Origin: an uncultured Myxococcales bacterium
GTDB lineage: Bacteria; Myxococcota_A; Bradymonadia; REDH01
Direction of reading: 5' to 3'
Assembly (NCBI GenBank): GCA_964520965.1
Contig: CAZFPM010000002.1
Span: forward strand, 188 to 43,785
Length of the DNA: 43,598 nucleotides
The stretch's first letter is position 1; each line of letters begins with the position of its first letter. Made by a program: the position numbers and the translations under genes. Below the pieces are notes generated by a model. It was not told the origin of the DNA. It made no database searches and was given only the letters and a program-made list of their open reading frames with translations. Positions 9,947-19,731 of this stretch are shown here, in pieces.

Positions 9947-11416
9947 CTACAGCCGCGAAGCGGCCAGCTCGGCCAGAAGGCTGCGCTCGCCCTTGGTGAA
10001 GTACACCGCACCGGTCACCGGCGAGTCCTTCAGCCGCTCCGTCACGTAGACGAGCCCGTTGGACGACTGGTCGAGGAAGTGGTTGTCGACCTGGAAGGGA
10101 TCGCCCGAGAGGATCACCTTCGTCCCGTCTGCGGCGCGGGTGATGATCGTCTTCACCTCGTGCGGCGTCAGGTTCTGCGCCTCGTCGATCAACATGAAGG
10201 CGTTCGGGATCGAACGACCGCGTATGGAGTGGATCGCCTGTACCTCGAGCTGCCCGACCGCGAAGAGGTGCTCCCAGGCCTTCTCGGGACGCGAAGCGCC
10301 CTTCGCCATCGACAGACCGTCGTCGGTCGGGATCAGCTGGTCGAGATTGTCGAAGAAGGACAGCATCCAGGGCTGCATCTTCGCTTCGAAGTCGCCCGGC
10401 AGATAGCCGATGTCCTTGCCCATCGGGATGACGGGTTTCGAGAGCAGGATTCGATCGTAGTGGCCGCCGGAGCCCAGACCGGTCACCTGGGCGACCGCAG
10501 CCGCGAGCGCCAGGAAGGTCTTCCCGGTGCCGGCCTTGCCGACCAGCGAAACCAGCCGCACTTCGGGATCCATCAGCAGATCGAGCGCCATGCGCTGCTC
10601 GATGTTGCGAGGCGCGATGCCCGCTGCACGCGAGTAATCCCGCGGAACCGGTCGCAATGCCCCCGACGTACCGTTGAAGCGCAGCACCCGCTCCTTGTCG
10701 CCGTCTCGACAGATGACGAACTCGTTGGGCAGCAGGTCCGCGAGCCCGATGTCTTCGGCGAGGAGCTCGGTGTCGGGCACGTAGGCGGTCTGAACCACGT
10801 TCGGGTCGGCGTCGTCGACATACCGGTAGCCGTGGAACATATGCGTCGGCTGCACCCGGTCCCTGTTGTAGTCCTCTGCTTCCAAACCCTCGAAATCCGC
10901 CAGGATTCTCAGGTTGACATCCTTCGAGAGCAGGACGATTCGTTTGCCGGGCATCGACCGCTGCAGCGACAACGCCGCGCTGAGGATCAACAGATCCATC
11001 TTGCGTACCGTGTCCGACTCGCGCAGCGCCCCCATGCCGTGACCTTCGCCGTTCGCCGTGATCCGGAACGTCGTGTCGAGCTCCGGGTGATGAACGCCGG
11101 CCTCTTCGTGAAGGTGCCCGTACTTCATCAGCGATGAGATGAAGCGCGACGCGGTCCGAGCCGCTGCAGCGACCTCGACCCGTCGGTTGTCCTTCAGGTC
11201 GTCGAGCTCCATCACGACGAAGATCGGGATGACGACCGTCGTACCCCGGAAAGTCGTGAGGCAGTGCGGGTCGTGAACGAGGACGCTCGTGTCGATCACG
11301 TACACGCCGCGCCTTCTTTCTCCCAGGGTCTCTATCTCGGAGTCGCTCTCTGCTTCGGGGGGGGACAGTTCAACGGCCGGATCGATTTCAGCCGGCAGGG
11401 AAGCAGTCGTGTTCAT
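9947..11416 (-). CDS. PIN-PhoH (PhoH2/YlaK-like) protein
   Basis: PIN motifs YVIDTSVL, VVMELD and LLSKDVNLRI; PhoH motifs PRNIEQ, GKAGTGKT, IGYLPG, IRGRS, IDEAQN and GDPFQVD. Confidence 0.93.
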   Translation of the reverse strand: MNTTASLPAEIDPAVELSPPEAESDSEIETLGERRRGVYVIDTSVLVHDPHCLTTFRGTTVVIPIFVVMELDDLKDNRRVEVAAAARTASRFISSLMKYGHLHEEAGVHHPELDTTFRITANGEGHGMGALRESDTVRKMDLLILSAALSLQRSMPGKRIVLLSKDVNLRILADFEGLEAEDYNRDRVQPTHMFHGYRYVDDADPNVVQTAYVPDTELLAEDIGLADLLPNEFVICRDGDKERVLRFNGTSGALRPVPRDYSRAAGIAPRNIEQRMALDLLMDPEVRLVSLVGKAGTGKTFLALAAAVAQVTGLGSGGHYDRILLSKPVIPMGKDIGYLPGDFEAKMQPWMLSFFDNLDQLIPTDDGLSMAKGASRPEKAWEHLFAVGQLEVQAIHSIRGRSIPNAFMLIDEAQNLTPHEVKTIITRAADGTKVILSGDPFQVDNHFLDQSSNGLVYVTERLKDSPVTGAVYFTKGERSLLAELAASRL

Positions 11417-11654
11417 GCGCGCTCCGCTTGGGGGGCCATACACCAAGTATGGGCCCGTCTCGGACTCGCTTCAAGAATCCACCGCAAAACACCGCCTTGG
11501 GCCGCACAGCACCGCACATGTCCCACACGGTCGCACACCGGGGGCCGCGTCGACCACGGTCCGGAACGCAACATCCGCCACGACGAGCCGACCACCCCTT
11601 CCAGCGATGGCGATCAGCGAGCCATTCGCTGCCGTGGATTGGTCGGAGGCCCAG

Positions 11655-14600
11655 ATGTCGCATAGGCCGGATCTCTCGAAGACCGCCAGGAAGGTCAGGT
11701 CGCTCACCAACGCCGTCGCGCTCGTCGACTGGCTGAAGCTGGCGGGCTGGAGCGGCGTGCCGGTGCTGGTCTCCAGGACCGGCCACGGCCGACTCGGCGC
11801 AGCGCTGGATTGGGAAGAGGACACCTGGATCGTCGACCCGACCGCGCCCACCCCGTTGCTCGTCACGACGGCCGACGAGGCGATCGATGGGCGCATGGCT
11901 CGGGTGGCGCGGACCGTCGCCCGAATGTCGCGCGGGCGCGCCGCGATCGTGATTCGCACGAGCACGGCCGGTGCGACCATCGCCGCCTGCACTGGCGAGT
12001 GCTCGGCGTCGACGATGTGGACGAGTACATTCGACCGACTCGATGCTGATGGGGTCGTCGTGTGGTCGTCGTTCGAGGAGACGACCTCGTCGACCGTGGC
12101 GGCCGTTCGCCTGGTGGCCCGCATCGGTCGGCGCGCGCTGGGGCGTCGCTTCTTCCGAGACGTTCGTCGTCACGTCACCGAGCTGACGCATGCCTGGTCG
12201 GGTGTCGAGAGCTCCGCCGACCGGCGTGCTCTCTCGATTACGCTCCTGTGCCGCCTGATGTTCCTCTACTTCGTGCAGCGAAAGGGGTGGCTGGACGGGG
12301 ATCCGGGGTTCATGGCGGCGCTCGTGCTCGATCCCGCCGCCGAGTCGGTCTACGAGGAGCGCCTCCGACCCCTCTTCTTCGACGCGTTGAACAGACCCCC
12401 GGATCGACGGGGATCCGGGCCGCGATATAGGGGGGTGCCGTTTCTCAACGGGGGGCTCTTCGCACCGAGCGAGGCCGAGCAGCGAAACCCGAACGCGACG
12501 CTCGATGACGCCGTCGTGCGCGCGCTCGTCGACGCTGTCCTCGAGCGCTATCGATTCGTGGAGCGGGAAGACATCGATGGTGAGGTCGCTGTCGATCCCG
12601 AGATGCTCGGCTGCGTCTTCGAGCAGCTGATGTGCGACGAACAACGGACCCGGACCGGGGCGTTCTACACGCCCCCGTCATTGGTCCACGACACGGTCGA
12701 CCTGGCCCTGGCCACGTTGATGGAGTGTCGCGTCGGCGCCGAAACCTGGGCCGCTGTCGAACGTCGCGATACGATCGATTCGAGAACCTGCACCGAGGTG
12801 GTGGCCGCGCTGGACGACCTCCGGATCCTCGATCCGGCCGTGGGAACGGGAGCCTTCCTGCTCGGGGCGCTTCAACGATTGGTCGACTGCCGTGCCCACC
12901 TCCAGCCGGGGCTGCCCAGAGCGGAGCTCGCCCGACGCATCGTGGGGAGGAACCTGTACGGGGTCGACATCTCCGCCACCGCGGTGACCCTCTGCGAGCT
13001 GCGGCTGTGGCTTGCGGTGGCGGCCGAAATGTCCGACGGACCCGGCGCGCACGTTCAGCCGCTGCCGAACCTCTCCCACCACGTCCGGCGCGGCAACGTG
13101 TTGACGGGCACCAGTGTCTTCGCCGCGTTCGAGGGGGTCCCGGTGCCGCCGGACATCATGCGGAGACTCGAGCGTGCGACCGAGATGTTCCCGACGGCGG
13201 TCGACCGACGGAAGCGAGAGCTCGAAGAAGCGCTGCGGGTGGCGGAACGCGAGCTCGCCGTCGAGCTGTTGAGCACACTCCTGACGCGCCTCGAGGGCGA
13301 GGATCTCGCGGAGAGGGCGCCGGTTCGCGATCTCTTCGGTGTCGAGGTGACCGCCACCCGGTCCCAGGTCGCTTCGCGGCGCGCCCGTGAAGCCAGGATC
13401 ACCGACGTCCGCCGAGCGCTCGCCGACGCGCGGTCGGGAGATGGCACGCCGACCTTCGACCCACACGTCCACTTCGCGTCGGTGGTGGGTCGTGGCGGCT
13501 TCGACCTCGTGGTCGGCAACCCGCCGTGGGTTCGGCTGGCTGATCTGCCCGGGTCGGAGCGGCGGCGCGTGAGGGGAGCCTACCGTTGGGTGGCCGAGGC
13601 CGGGGGAGGAAGGCCTTTCGGCGCGCAGCCAGACCTGTCCGTGGCGTTCACCGAGCGGGCGGTGCGCTTGACGACGAACGGTGGGGTCGTGGCGTTGGTC
13701 GTTCCGACGAAGCTCTTTACCGCCGGCTACGGCCGCGCGCTTCGGGCCGGGCTGCTTCGAGAGACCGATCTCGTCGCGCTCCGGGACCTGTCCGGGGCGG
13801 GAGTCTCTCTCTTCTCGGCAGACGCCTATCCGGGGACGATCGTCGCGAGAGTCGGCGGAGGAAGAGGGGGGCAAGTCGCTGTAGACAATGGAGGAAGCCG
13901 CTTCGTCGTGCCGACCGGAATGCTCGCGGCGACCCCGCTTCCCGGTGCACCGTGGCCGCTGCTCGGGGCCGAGGAGATGGCCGTGTATCGGCGCCTGACG
14001 GGCTGCGCCCACACCGTAGGGAGCCAATATGAGCTCCGGATGGGCATCAAGACCGGGGCGAACGTCGCGTTCGTCGACCTGGAGCTCGAGGGTCTCCCGA
14101 TCGTACCCGCGATCCGCGGCAAGGATATCCAACCGATGCATGCCGCGCCGACCACGACGCTCTTCCTCGCGCATGACCCGGCAACCGGCGCCGTGTTGCC
14201 AGCCGAATCGCTCGGCGCTGACCTGGCGCGATGGTTGGGCCTTTTCGAAGATACCGTTACGCGTCGCGCGGACCACCGCCCGACGACTGCGCCCTGGGCC
14301 GTCTTCCGCGTTCGGCCCGGCGCACTGGGGCACCGTGTGGCCTGGCGGGACATCAGTCGACAGCTCGTTGCAGCGCCGGTTCCACCGGTCGAAGCCGGTG
14401 GACCGGTTGCGCTCAACTCTGCCTATACCCTTGCAGTGCAGAGCGCGGCCGAATCGCTGCGAGTCGCCGCGTGGCTCTGCGCTCTCCCAGCGCGCTTCGT
14501 CGCCTCGGCACCCGCTGACCGGGCGTTGTCAGGCCACCGCCGGTTCCGAGCGGAAGCCGTGGCGCGCGTTCCGTTTCCCCCGTGTTTACAGGGCGATGGC

Positions 14601-14768
14601 GGCCGTGCCTCACGTGCGTTCGACGAAGCGGCCGCGAATTTCGCCGCTGACGCTCAATCTGTAGAAGCGCAGCGGCGACTCGACACGGCTGCGGCCGCGT
14701 TGCTCGGAATGTCCGACCACGAGCAGACCGTGATGAGGCGGGCGTGCAGCGCACTCGGATGCGCGTGA
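11655..14768 (+). CDS. Eco57I/type IIG-like N6-adenine DNA methyltransferase with a C-terminal target-recognition domain
   Basis: RLMFLYFVQRKGWL, VPFLNGGLF, DPEMLGCVFE, GAFYTPP, DPAVGTGAFL (motif I), LYGVDI and VGNPPW (motif IV); TaqI_C-like GIKTG, RGKDI and WRDIS. GGAGG lies upstream of ATG 11655. Confidence 0.88.
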   Translation: MSHRPDLSKTARKVRSLTNAVALVDWLKLAGWSGVPVLVSRTGHGRLGAALDWEEDTWIVDPTAPTPLLVTTADEAIDGRMARVARTVARMSRGRAAIVIRTSTAGATIAACTGECSASTMWTSTFDRLDADGVVVWSSFEETTSSTVAAVRLVARIGRRALGRRFFRDVRRHVTELTHAWSGVESSADRRALSITLLCRLMFLYFVQRKGWLDGDPGFMAALVLDPAAESVYEERLRPLFFDALNRPPDRRGSGPRYRGVPFLNGGLFAPSEAEQRNPNATLDDAVVRALVDAVLERYRFVEREDIDGEVAVDPEMLGCVFEQLMCDEQRTRTGAFYTPPSLVHDTVDLALATLMECRVGAETWAAVERRDTIDSRTCTEVVAALDDLRILDPAVGTGAFLLGALQRLVDCRAHLQPGLPRAELARRIVGRNLYGVDISATAVTLCELRLWLAVAAEMSDGPGAHVQPLPNLSHHVRRGNVLTGTSVFAAFEGVPVPPDIMRRLERATEMFPTAVDRRKRELEEALRVAERELAVELLSTLLTRLEGEDLAERAPVRDLFGVEVTATRSQVASRRAREARITDVRRALADARSGDGTPTFDPHVHFASVVGRGGFDLVVGNPPWVRLADLPGSERRRVRGAYRWVAEAGGGRPFGAQPDLSVAFTERAVRLTTNGGVVALVVPTKLFTAGYGRALRAGLLRETDLVALRDLSGAGVSLFSADAYPGTIVARVGGGRGGQVAVDNGGSRFVVPTGMLAATPLPGAPWPLLGAEEMAVYRRLTGCAHTVGSQYELRMGIKTGANVAFVDLELEGLPIVPAIRGKDIQPMHAAPTTTLFLAHDPATGAVLPAESLGADLARWLGLFEDTVTRRADHRPTTAPWAVFRVRPGALGHRVAWRDISRQLVAAPVPPVEAGGPVALNSAYTLAVQSAAESLRVAAWLCALPARFVASAPADRALSGHRRFRAEAVARVPFPPCLQGDGGRASRAFDEAAANFAADAQSVEAQRRLDTAAAALLGMSDHEQTVMRRACSALGCA

Positions 14769-16921
14769 CCGCCGGCCCGCTCCGCGTGAGGGACCTGGTC
14801 GCGTGGTGGCATCCCGAAGGACGCGCGCGACGCGCGGCGGCTTCGGGGCCGGACCCAGACCTCGAGCCATTTCAGCAGGTTGGGTGCTGGTTGCTCACGG
14901 AGCGCTTGCGTTCTGGGGGTTGTGCGGTGCTCGCCGATGCACCGGGCCTCGGGAAGTCGCACACCGCGATCGCGGCCGCCCGTGCCGTCTCGGACGCGGG
15001 AGTCGTCGTGGGACCGGCGGTGCTGCGGACCCAGTGGCGGCTCCTGCTCGACGGTCTTGGTCTCGGGTGGCCGTTCGTATCTGACGGTGTGCTCTCGCGG
15101 CGGTCGATCACCGTGGGAACCTCGGACGTCGTGATCGTGGACGAGGCCCATCGGTTCAGAAACCCGGCGACCCGCCGGTACGAACACCTTCGTGAGCTGA
15201 TCGGCTCGAGGCTCGTGCTCTTCGTGTCCGCAACGCCGGTTCAAAACACACGGAACGACCTGATTGGGCTGTTGCGCCTGGCGCTTCCGGACCATGCGAT
15301 CGCAGGATCCACCCCGGACGAATCGAGAGACGCGCTTGGTCGGCTGGACCGGGACGACGAACTCTTCGCCGCAATCGTCGAGACATGGGTGGTGTGTCGA
15401 ACAGCCGCCGAAGCCCGGCGGTGGAACGCTTCGTTCCCGGTTCGTTGGGGGCCGGGCCTTTCGGTGCCCGAACGCTCGAACATCCGGCACACCACGATCG
15501 TTGCGTCGACGGTCCCGAGCGAGGTCGCGGCGGAGGTGGCCGGCGTTGCGGAGTTCGTGTCGGTATTCGCCGAGGAATCCGTCGCATTGTTGCGCACGAC
15601 GTTGTTGCGCCGGCTTGCCTCGTCGCCGGAAGGCGCGAGCGAGACACTGTGGCGCATGGAGAACTTTCTGGAACGGCTGCGAGAAGCCCGGGCTGTCGGC
15701 AGCGGGATCAGCCGAGCCGAATTCCTGGCAGTGTTCGGAGCGGATCCGACCGCGCAACTGGCCCAGCAGGTGCTGCCGTTCTGGTATGCGGGTGACACGG
15801 CGTGCGGCCTCTCGGTGGCAGAGGTGAGCGCCCGTCTCGATGCGGTCAGGCGAGTCCGTGGTCGGGTCTCCGATGCACCGTTGGGGCGCAGCGAAAAGGG
15901 GAACTCACTAGTGGAACTCGTCAGCCGAGATGCACGGCGGATGCTGATCTTCACCGAGTACGGCGCCACGGCCCGGGCGGTGCGGGACACGCTCGGGGAT
16001 CTCGACGTGATCCTGCTGACCGGCGCCGAGGCTGCGCTGTCCGGGGTCGGTCGGGTGTCGCGGGCGACGGCGTTGCGGGTGTTCGCGGGGCAACCTCCGC
16101 GAGGGTTTCGCCCCGGTCGCATCCTGGTGGCGACCCCCGTGGCCTCCGAAGGGCTGGATTTGCCCGGCGTCGACGTCGTGGTGCACTTCGACCTCCCGTG
16201 GAACCCTGCGCGACTCGCTCAGCGGGAGGGGAGGGCCGCGCGCATGGGGGGAGATTGCGCCGTGGAGGTCGTGCGCTTTCGACCGCCGGACGAGGTGGAG
16301 GCCGAGCTTCGGCTCGAAGACACCCTGAGTCGCAAGGAGGGGTTGGCGCGAACGCGACGCTCGCGCACGCCGCCGTCGTCTGCGGCAGAAGCGAGCCGAG
16401 TGCCGCGTCTCGCACGTCGAGCGCCGGGCTTCGTGGCGGGCGAGGGAGTCGTCGTCGTCATCGTCTGGCTGGACACCTGGCGAGCCCGGTTCGCGACCGG
16501 CGTCGGGGTCCGGCGGTTGTCGAATCTCGTGGCGGCGGCCGGGGATCTGGAGGTGGGCGCGTTGACACCGGCGGAGGTGGCGGCCGCGCGGAGCACCCTC
16601 TCTGCCGGGAGCACGTTGGCCGGGACCGCGCCGATGTCGGGTTCATGGTGGCAAGAGGCAATGCTCCGGGCGCGGGTCCGGCCGACGAGCTGTGAGGGGA
16701 TCGACGCCCTGGTCGACGCAGCGTCGCGTCCCCTCGGGAGGGCACGCGCCCTCGGACGACAGCGGTTGATCGACCACGAGACGCGGGTCCGCGGGTGGGA
16801 CGCCGACGAGCTGGCAACAGCGGTGCGGGCGATTCCGGACGGCGAGTGCGACCAGGGTCCGGTGTTGGTGATTCGCCGCTCGGCGCTCGGTCCGGACGGG
16901 CAATGCGTCGACGGACGGTAA
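14759..16921 (+). CDS. SNF2-type superfamily 2 helicase/ATPase
   Basis: LADAPGLGKS, IVDEAHRFRN, SATPVQN, LIFTEY, SEGLDL and DLPWNPARLAQREGRAAR. The start (ATG 14759, or GTG 14765 as a GTGA overlap) overlaps the end of the MTase gene. Confidence 0.88.
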   Translation: MRVTAGPLRVRDLVAWWHPEGRARRAAASGPDPDLEPFQQVGCWLLTERLRSGGCAVLADAPGLGKSHTAIAAARAVSDAGVVVGPAVLRTQWRLLLDGLGLGWPFVSDGVLSRRSITVGTSDVVIVDEAHRFRNPATRRYEHLRELIGSRLVLFVSATPVQNTRNDLIGLLRLALPDHAIAGSTPDESRDALGRLDRDDELFAAIVETWVVCRTAAEARRWNASFPVRWGPGLSVPERSNIRHTTIVASTVPSEVAAEVAGVAEFVSVFAEESVALLRTTLLRRLASSPEGASETLWRMENFLERLREARAVGSGISRAEFLAVFGADPTAQLAQQVLPFWYAGDTACGLSVAEVSARLDAVRRVRGRVSDAPLGRSEKGNSLVELVSRDARRMLIFTEYGATARAVRDTLGDLDVILLTGAEAALSGVGRVSRATALRVFAGQPPRGFRPGRILVATPVASEGLDLPGVDVVVHFDLPWNPARLAQREGRAARMGGDCAVEVVRFRPPDEVEAELRLEDTLSRKEGLARTRRSRTPPSSAAEASRVPRLARRAPGFVAGEGVVVVIVWLDTWRARFATGVGVRRLSNLVAAAGDLEVGALTPAEVAAARSTLSAGSTLAGTAPMSGSWWQEAMLRARVRPTSCEGIDALVDAASRPLGRARALGRQRLIDHETRVRGWDADELATAVRAIPDGECDQGPVLVIRRSALGPDGQCVDGR

Positions 16922-16975
16922 CGCAGTCGGACCCCGATCGATTCGATGAGCCGCGGGCGCAGATGGCGCCTCGCG

Positions 16976-17314
16976 TCAGCGCGCGGCGGGCATCGGCTCC
17001 GGTGGTCCGGCGCACGCGGGCGCATGGCCTCGCGAACATGCGAGGTCGCGCAGCGTGGCTGCCCGATCGACGTCTTTGGGCACGCCCTGAGCGTTCTCGT
17101 CGCCGAAGTAGTAGACGAGGGAGAGCGCGTAACAGCTGCTGGCGACGCCGTCGTCACACTCCGCGGCATATCGGCGCGCGTTCTCCGACGCCTCTGGCGA
17201 CAACGCGCGAAGATGACTGGAGCGGCAGGCGACGAGGGTGGACGCCAGGCATGCGACAAGGACCACGGCGCGGGAGAGAGCAGGCCGCGATGTTGCACGT
17301 GAAACGGCGACCAT
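16976..17314 (-). CDS. Small lipoprotein with a Sel1-like (Cys-paired) repeat
   Basis: Lipobox STLVAC; CDDGVASSCYALSLVYYFG...GVPKDVDRAATLRDLACSRGHAPAC matches the Sel1/Hcp repeat pattern. The start is approximate. Confidence 0.7.
   Translation of the reverse strand: MVAVSRATSRPALSRAVVLVACLASTLVACRSSHLRALSPEASENARRYAAECDDGVASSCYALSLVYYFGDENAQGVPKDVDRAATLRDLACSRGHAPACAGPPEPMPAAR
17291..17306. promoter_or_regulatory. parS: parS-like site (degenerate)
   Basis: TGTTGCACGTGAAACG has 2 mismatches to the canonical TGTTTCACGTGAAACA. Confidence 0.65.
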
Positions 17315-17318
17315 CGGC

Positions 17319-18662
17319 TTAGTACAGGGGTTCGACATCGGTCCACTCCACCCAATCGCCGAGGCGGGGCCGCCCGTCGTGATCACGCAGCCATACGGGG
17401 CGCTGCATGCGCCCAGGACTGGTGATCCGCCGCACGCCCAGGCGTCCGAGCGTGGCGAGGAAGTCGGTGCGTCGGGCGCGCGGGTAGTCCAGCCCTACCG
17501 TCGAGATGGCGCCACGCAGGCGATCGAGCTCCGAGAGCAACGCCGCCTCGTCGTCGTAGGGGACGAGGTGCAGGGTGCGTCCGCCCGGTGAGGCGCGGAA
17601 CCCCGGCTCGCGGTGCACGACGACGGCGGCAGTCTCGGCCCGGAAGACCTGCGCCGTGAACTCGGCCACGCCGAGCTCTTGAAGCAGCGCCGCCGCGGTG
17701 TCCGTCGACAAGCGGCCGCGTGGCAGGGTCTGCTCGACGTGCGGGAAGCCGATGTCGACCAGCGCGCGGGCGACCTCTTCGAGCGTCCAGGGTGCCGCCC
17801 GCGCGACGAAGAGGCAGTGCGGCGACATGCAGCCACGTTGATCGTACACCGCGGCGTCGAGGGCGAAGCCCCGGGCGAGCTCGCCGAGGCGGGCCGGTCC
17901 GCGTTTTCCGTCGTCCGGCCCGATGATCCCGAACGAAACGCGGTGCCCGTAACCAAAGAACCGGGTCGGGAATCGGCAACGGGCCAACAGCGCATTGACC
18001 GTGTCGTCGCCCCCGTAGACCGTCACGACATCCGCCGCGCGGCTGGCGAGGGAGTCCAGCGCGTCGTGGCCGCCGGGCCACGTGAGCACGGCGACTGAGT
18101 TCGCGAGATCCGGAGCGAGCTTGCGAAGGGAGTCGAGGAAGAGTCGAGGAATTGCCGGCTCGTTGGTGGCCGTCTTGATCAACAGCGGGCCACGGGCGAG
18201 CAGAGCCAGGGCGATCGACTCGATGGCGACCGGGGGAACCGTGCTGGCGAGCACCTGGAACACCAGCGCGGGCGGATTCGCCGCGCGGGCGCACGGGAGG
18301 GGGCTCTGCGCCCTCGGCGCCTGGAAGGGTTCGCGTGCGCCGAGCTCGGTCTCCACGAGGGCGACCATGCTGGCTGCCGTCAGGCGACGCAGCAGGTCGG
18401 CGAGGCTCCAACGGACCATCTCTGGGGAGTAACCGGTGGTGGCAGCAGTGGCCGTCGCGGCCTGATCGAGCCACGAGGCGTCTTCGTCGAGCCAAGCGAG
18501 CGTCGCACGCTCCAGGCGGTTGGCGATCTGGGCGGTTGTCAGAGCGGTGAGAGCTGGTCCGGAGGCCCGGAGCTGTCGGATGGTCGACACCAGGAAGTCC
18601 GGTGTCACCGGGCCCGTCGTGTCGCCCGCGGGCGAGAGCTGGCGCAGGGGTTCAGAGGTCAT
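17319..18662 (-). CDS. luxC: LuxC-family acyl-CoA reductase
   Basis: ALDH-like layout (TGYSPEMV, IKTATNEP, VYGGDDTV, GYGHRVSF) and YDQRGCMSPH carrying the catalytic Cys. ATG 18662 overlaps the end of luxE. Confidence 0.85.
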   Translation of the reverse strand: MTSEPLRQLSPAGDTTGPVTPDFLVSTIRQLRASGPALTALTTAQIANRLERATLAWLDEDASWLDQAATATAATTGYSPEMVRWSLADLLRRLTAASMVALVETELGAREPFQAPRAQSPLPCARAANPPALVFQVLASTVPPVAIESIALALLARGPLLIKTATNEPAIPRLFLDSLRKLAPDLANSVAVLTWPGGHDALDSLASRAADVVTVYGGDDTVNALLARCRFPTRFFGYGHRVSFGIIGPDDGKRGPARLGELARGFALDAAVYDQRGCMSPHCLFVARAAPWTLEEVARALVDIGFPHVEQTLPRGRLSTDTAAALLQELGVAEFTAQVFRAETAAVVVHREPGFRASPGGRTLHLVPYDDEAALLSELDRLRGAISTVGLDYPRARRTDFLATLGRLGVRRITSPGRMQRPVWLRDHDGRPRLGDWVEWTDVEPLY

Positions 18663-19731
18663 CGGGCCTGCTCGAGCGGCGGTTGAGATGGGCGAGGACC
18701 TCTTCGGCGGCGAGACCGCAGCCGCGGGGCGTCGCCCCGGCTGCGCGGCCGAGGAGGGTGACGGAGCCGTTTTCGTGGACATGGCCGAGATCGGACGTCT
18801 GCACGGCGACGACGGTGTCGACGTTGGCGAGGTCGATGAAGCGGAGCAGTCCGACATCGCCTGGAGGCAGGGGCTCCGCGGTCTCGGGGTCCACAGCGAT
18901 GACGCGACACCACGGCGGCGCGACGAGGCGCCGGGCGCTGACCGGCTCGGTAGGCTCGGAGTAGAGCTGGCTGGAGAGCTCGGTCATCGAGTACTCGGTG
19001 CGGACCGCCGATGAGGGCAGGCGAAAGGTCGTGGTGGTCCGTTGGTAGAGCGAAGCGGCATCGACGGAAGTTCGACGACCCTTGAAGCCGCCGGTTTCGA
19101 CGATAACGCTGCCTGGGGGCAGGGGGATGGCTTCGGTCACCGCGTCGAGCAGGTTGGCCAACGCATAGGCCGTGGCGAAGAGGACGACGGGTCCGGACGT
19201 GTCGCGGAGCGCGCCGACGACGGTCGGAATGTCGAGGCCATCGACGGGGTCGAGAAAGAAGCGAGGTGGGAGATCGGAGCGGTGCTCGGCGAGGACGCCG
19301 ACCATGTGGGAGAGGGAGGAATCGCGAGCGGCAGCGGGATCGAAGACGAGGGACAAGAACACCGGCTTGGGCACCGTTGCCGGGATGCAGCGGTCGAAAT
19401 GGGCGCGTGCGGAGGCATCGTAGCAGCGGACAGACAGCCGAGCGGATTCTCCGCGGGGTCCCGCAGTTGTGCCGCTGGTGCGGAAGAGCCTGGCCACTTT
19501 CCGCTCGGCGGAGACGAGGCGGGCATGACGGAAGACCTCCGTGGGGACGGCGGGTGTCGTCTCCGGGGTGGCGGTTTCGGGATCGAAGTCGCGCCGCTTC
19601 CAGAAAGCGGCGAGCGGCGGGATGTGATCACGTTGGTAGGTCGCCACGTGCCGCAAGGTCTCGTCGAAGGCCCCCTCGCCGTCGATGAAGCGGAGGACCA
19701 GCTCTTCCACGTCAGCCAGTCGGTGTTTCAC
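18652..19731 (-). CDS. luxE: LuxE-family acyl-protein synthetase
   Basis: FRTSGTT, VETGGFKGR, EYSMTELSSQLY, VQTSDLG and the C-terminal LGRAAGATPRGC with the acylated Cys. Confidence 0.88.
   Translation of the reverse strand: MKHRLADVEELVLRFIDGEGAFDETLRHVATYQRDHIPPLAAFWKRRDFDPETATPETTPAVPTEVFRHARLVSAERKVARLFRTSGTTAGPRGESARLSVRCYDASARAHFDRCIPATVPKPVFLSLVFDPAAARDSSLSHMVGVLAEHRSDLPPRFFLDPVDGLDIPTVVGALRDTSGPVVLFATAYALANLLDAVTEAIPLPPGSVIVETGGFKGRRTSVDAASLYQRTTTTFRLPSSAVRTEYSMTELSSQLYSEPTEPVSARRLVAPPWCRVIAVDPETAEPLPPGDVGLLRFIDLANVDTVVAVQTSDLGHVHENGSVTLLGRAAGATPRGCGLAAEEVLAHLNRRSSRPDDL

Noticed and set aside
11655-16921. Complete DISARM or BREX system
   Set aside because: No drmA, drmB, drmC, pglZ or brxC genes flank the pair.
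17319-19731. Bioluminescence operon
   Set aside because: There is no luciferase (luxAB), luxD or luxG in the window.
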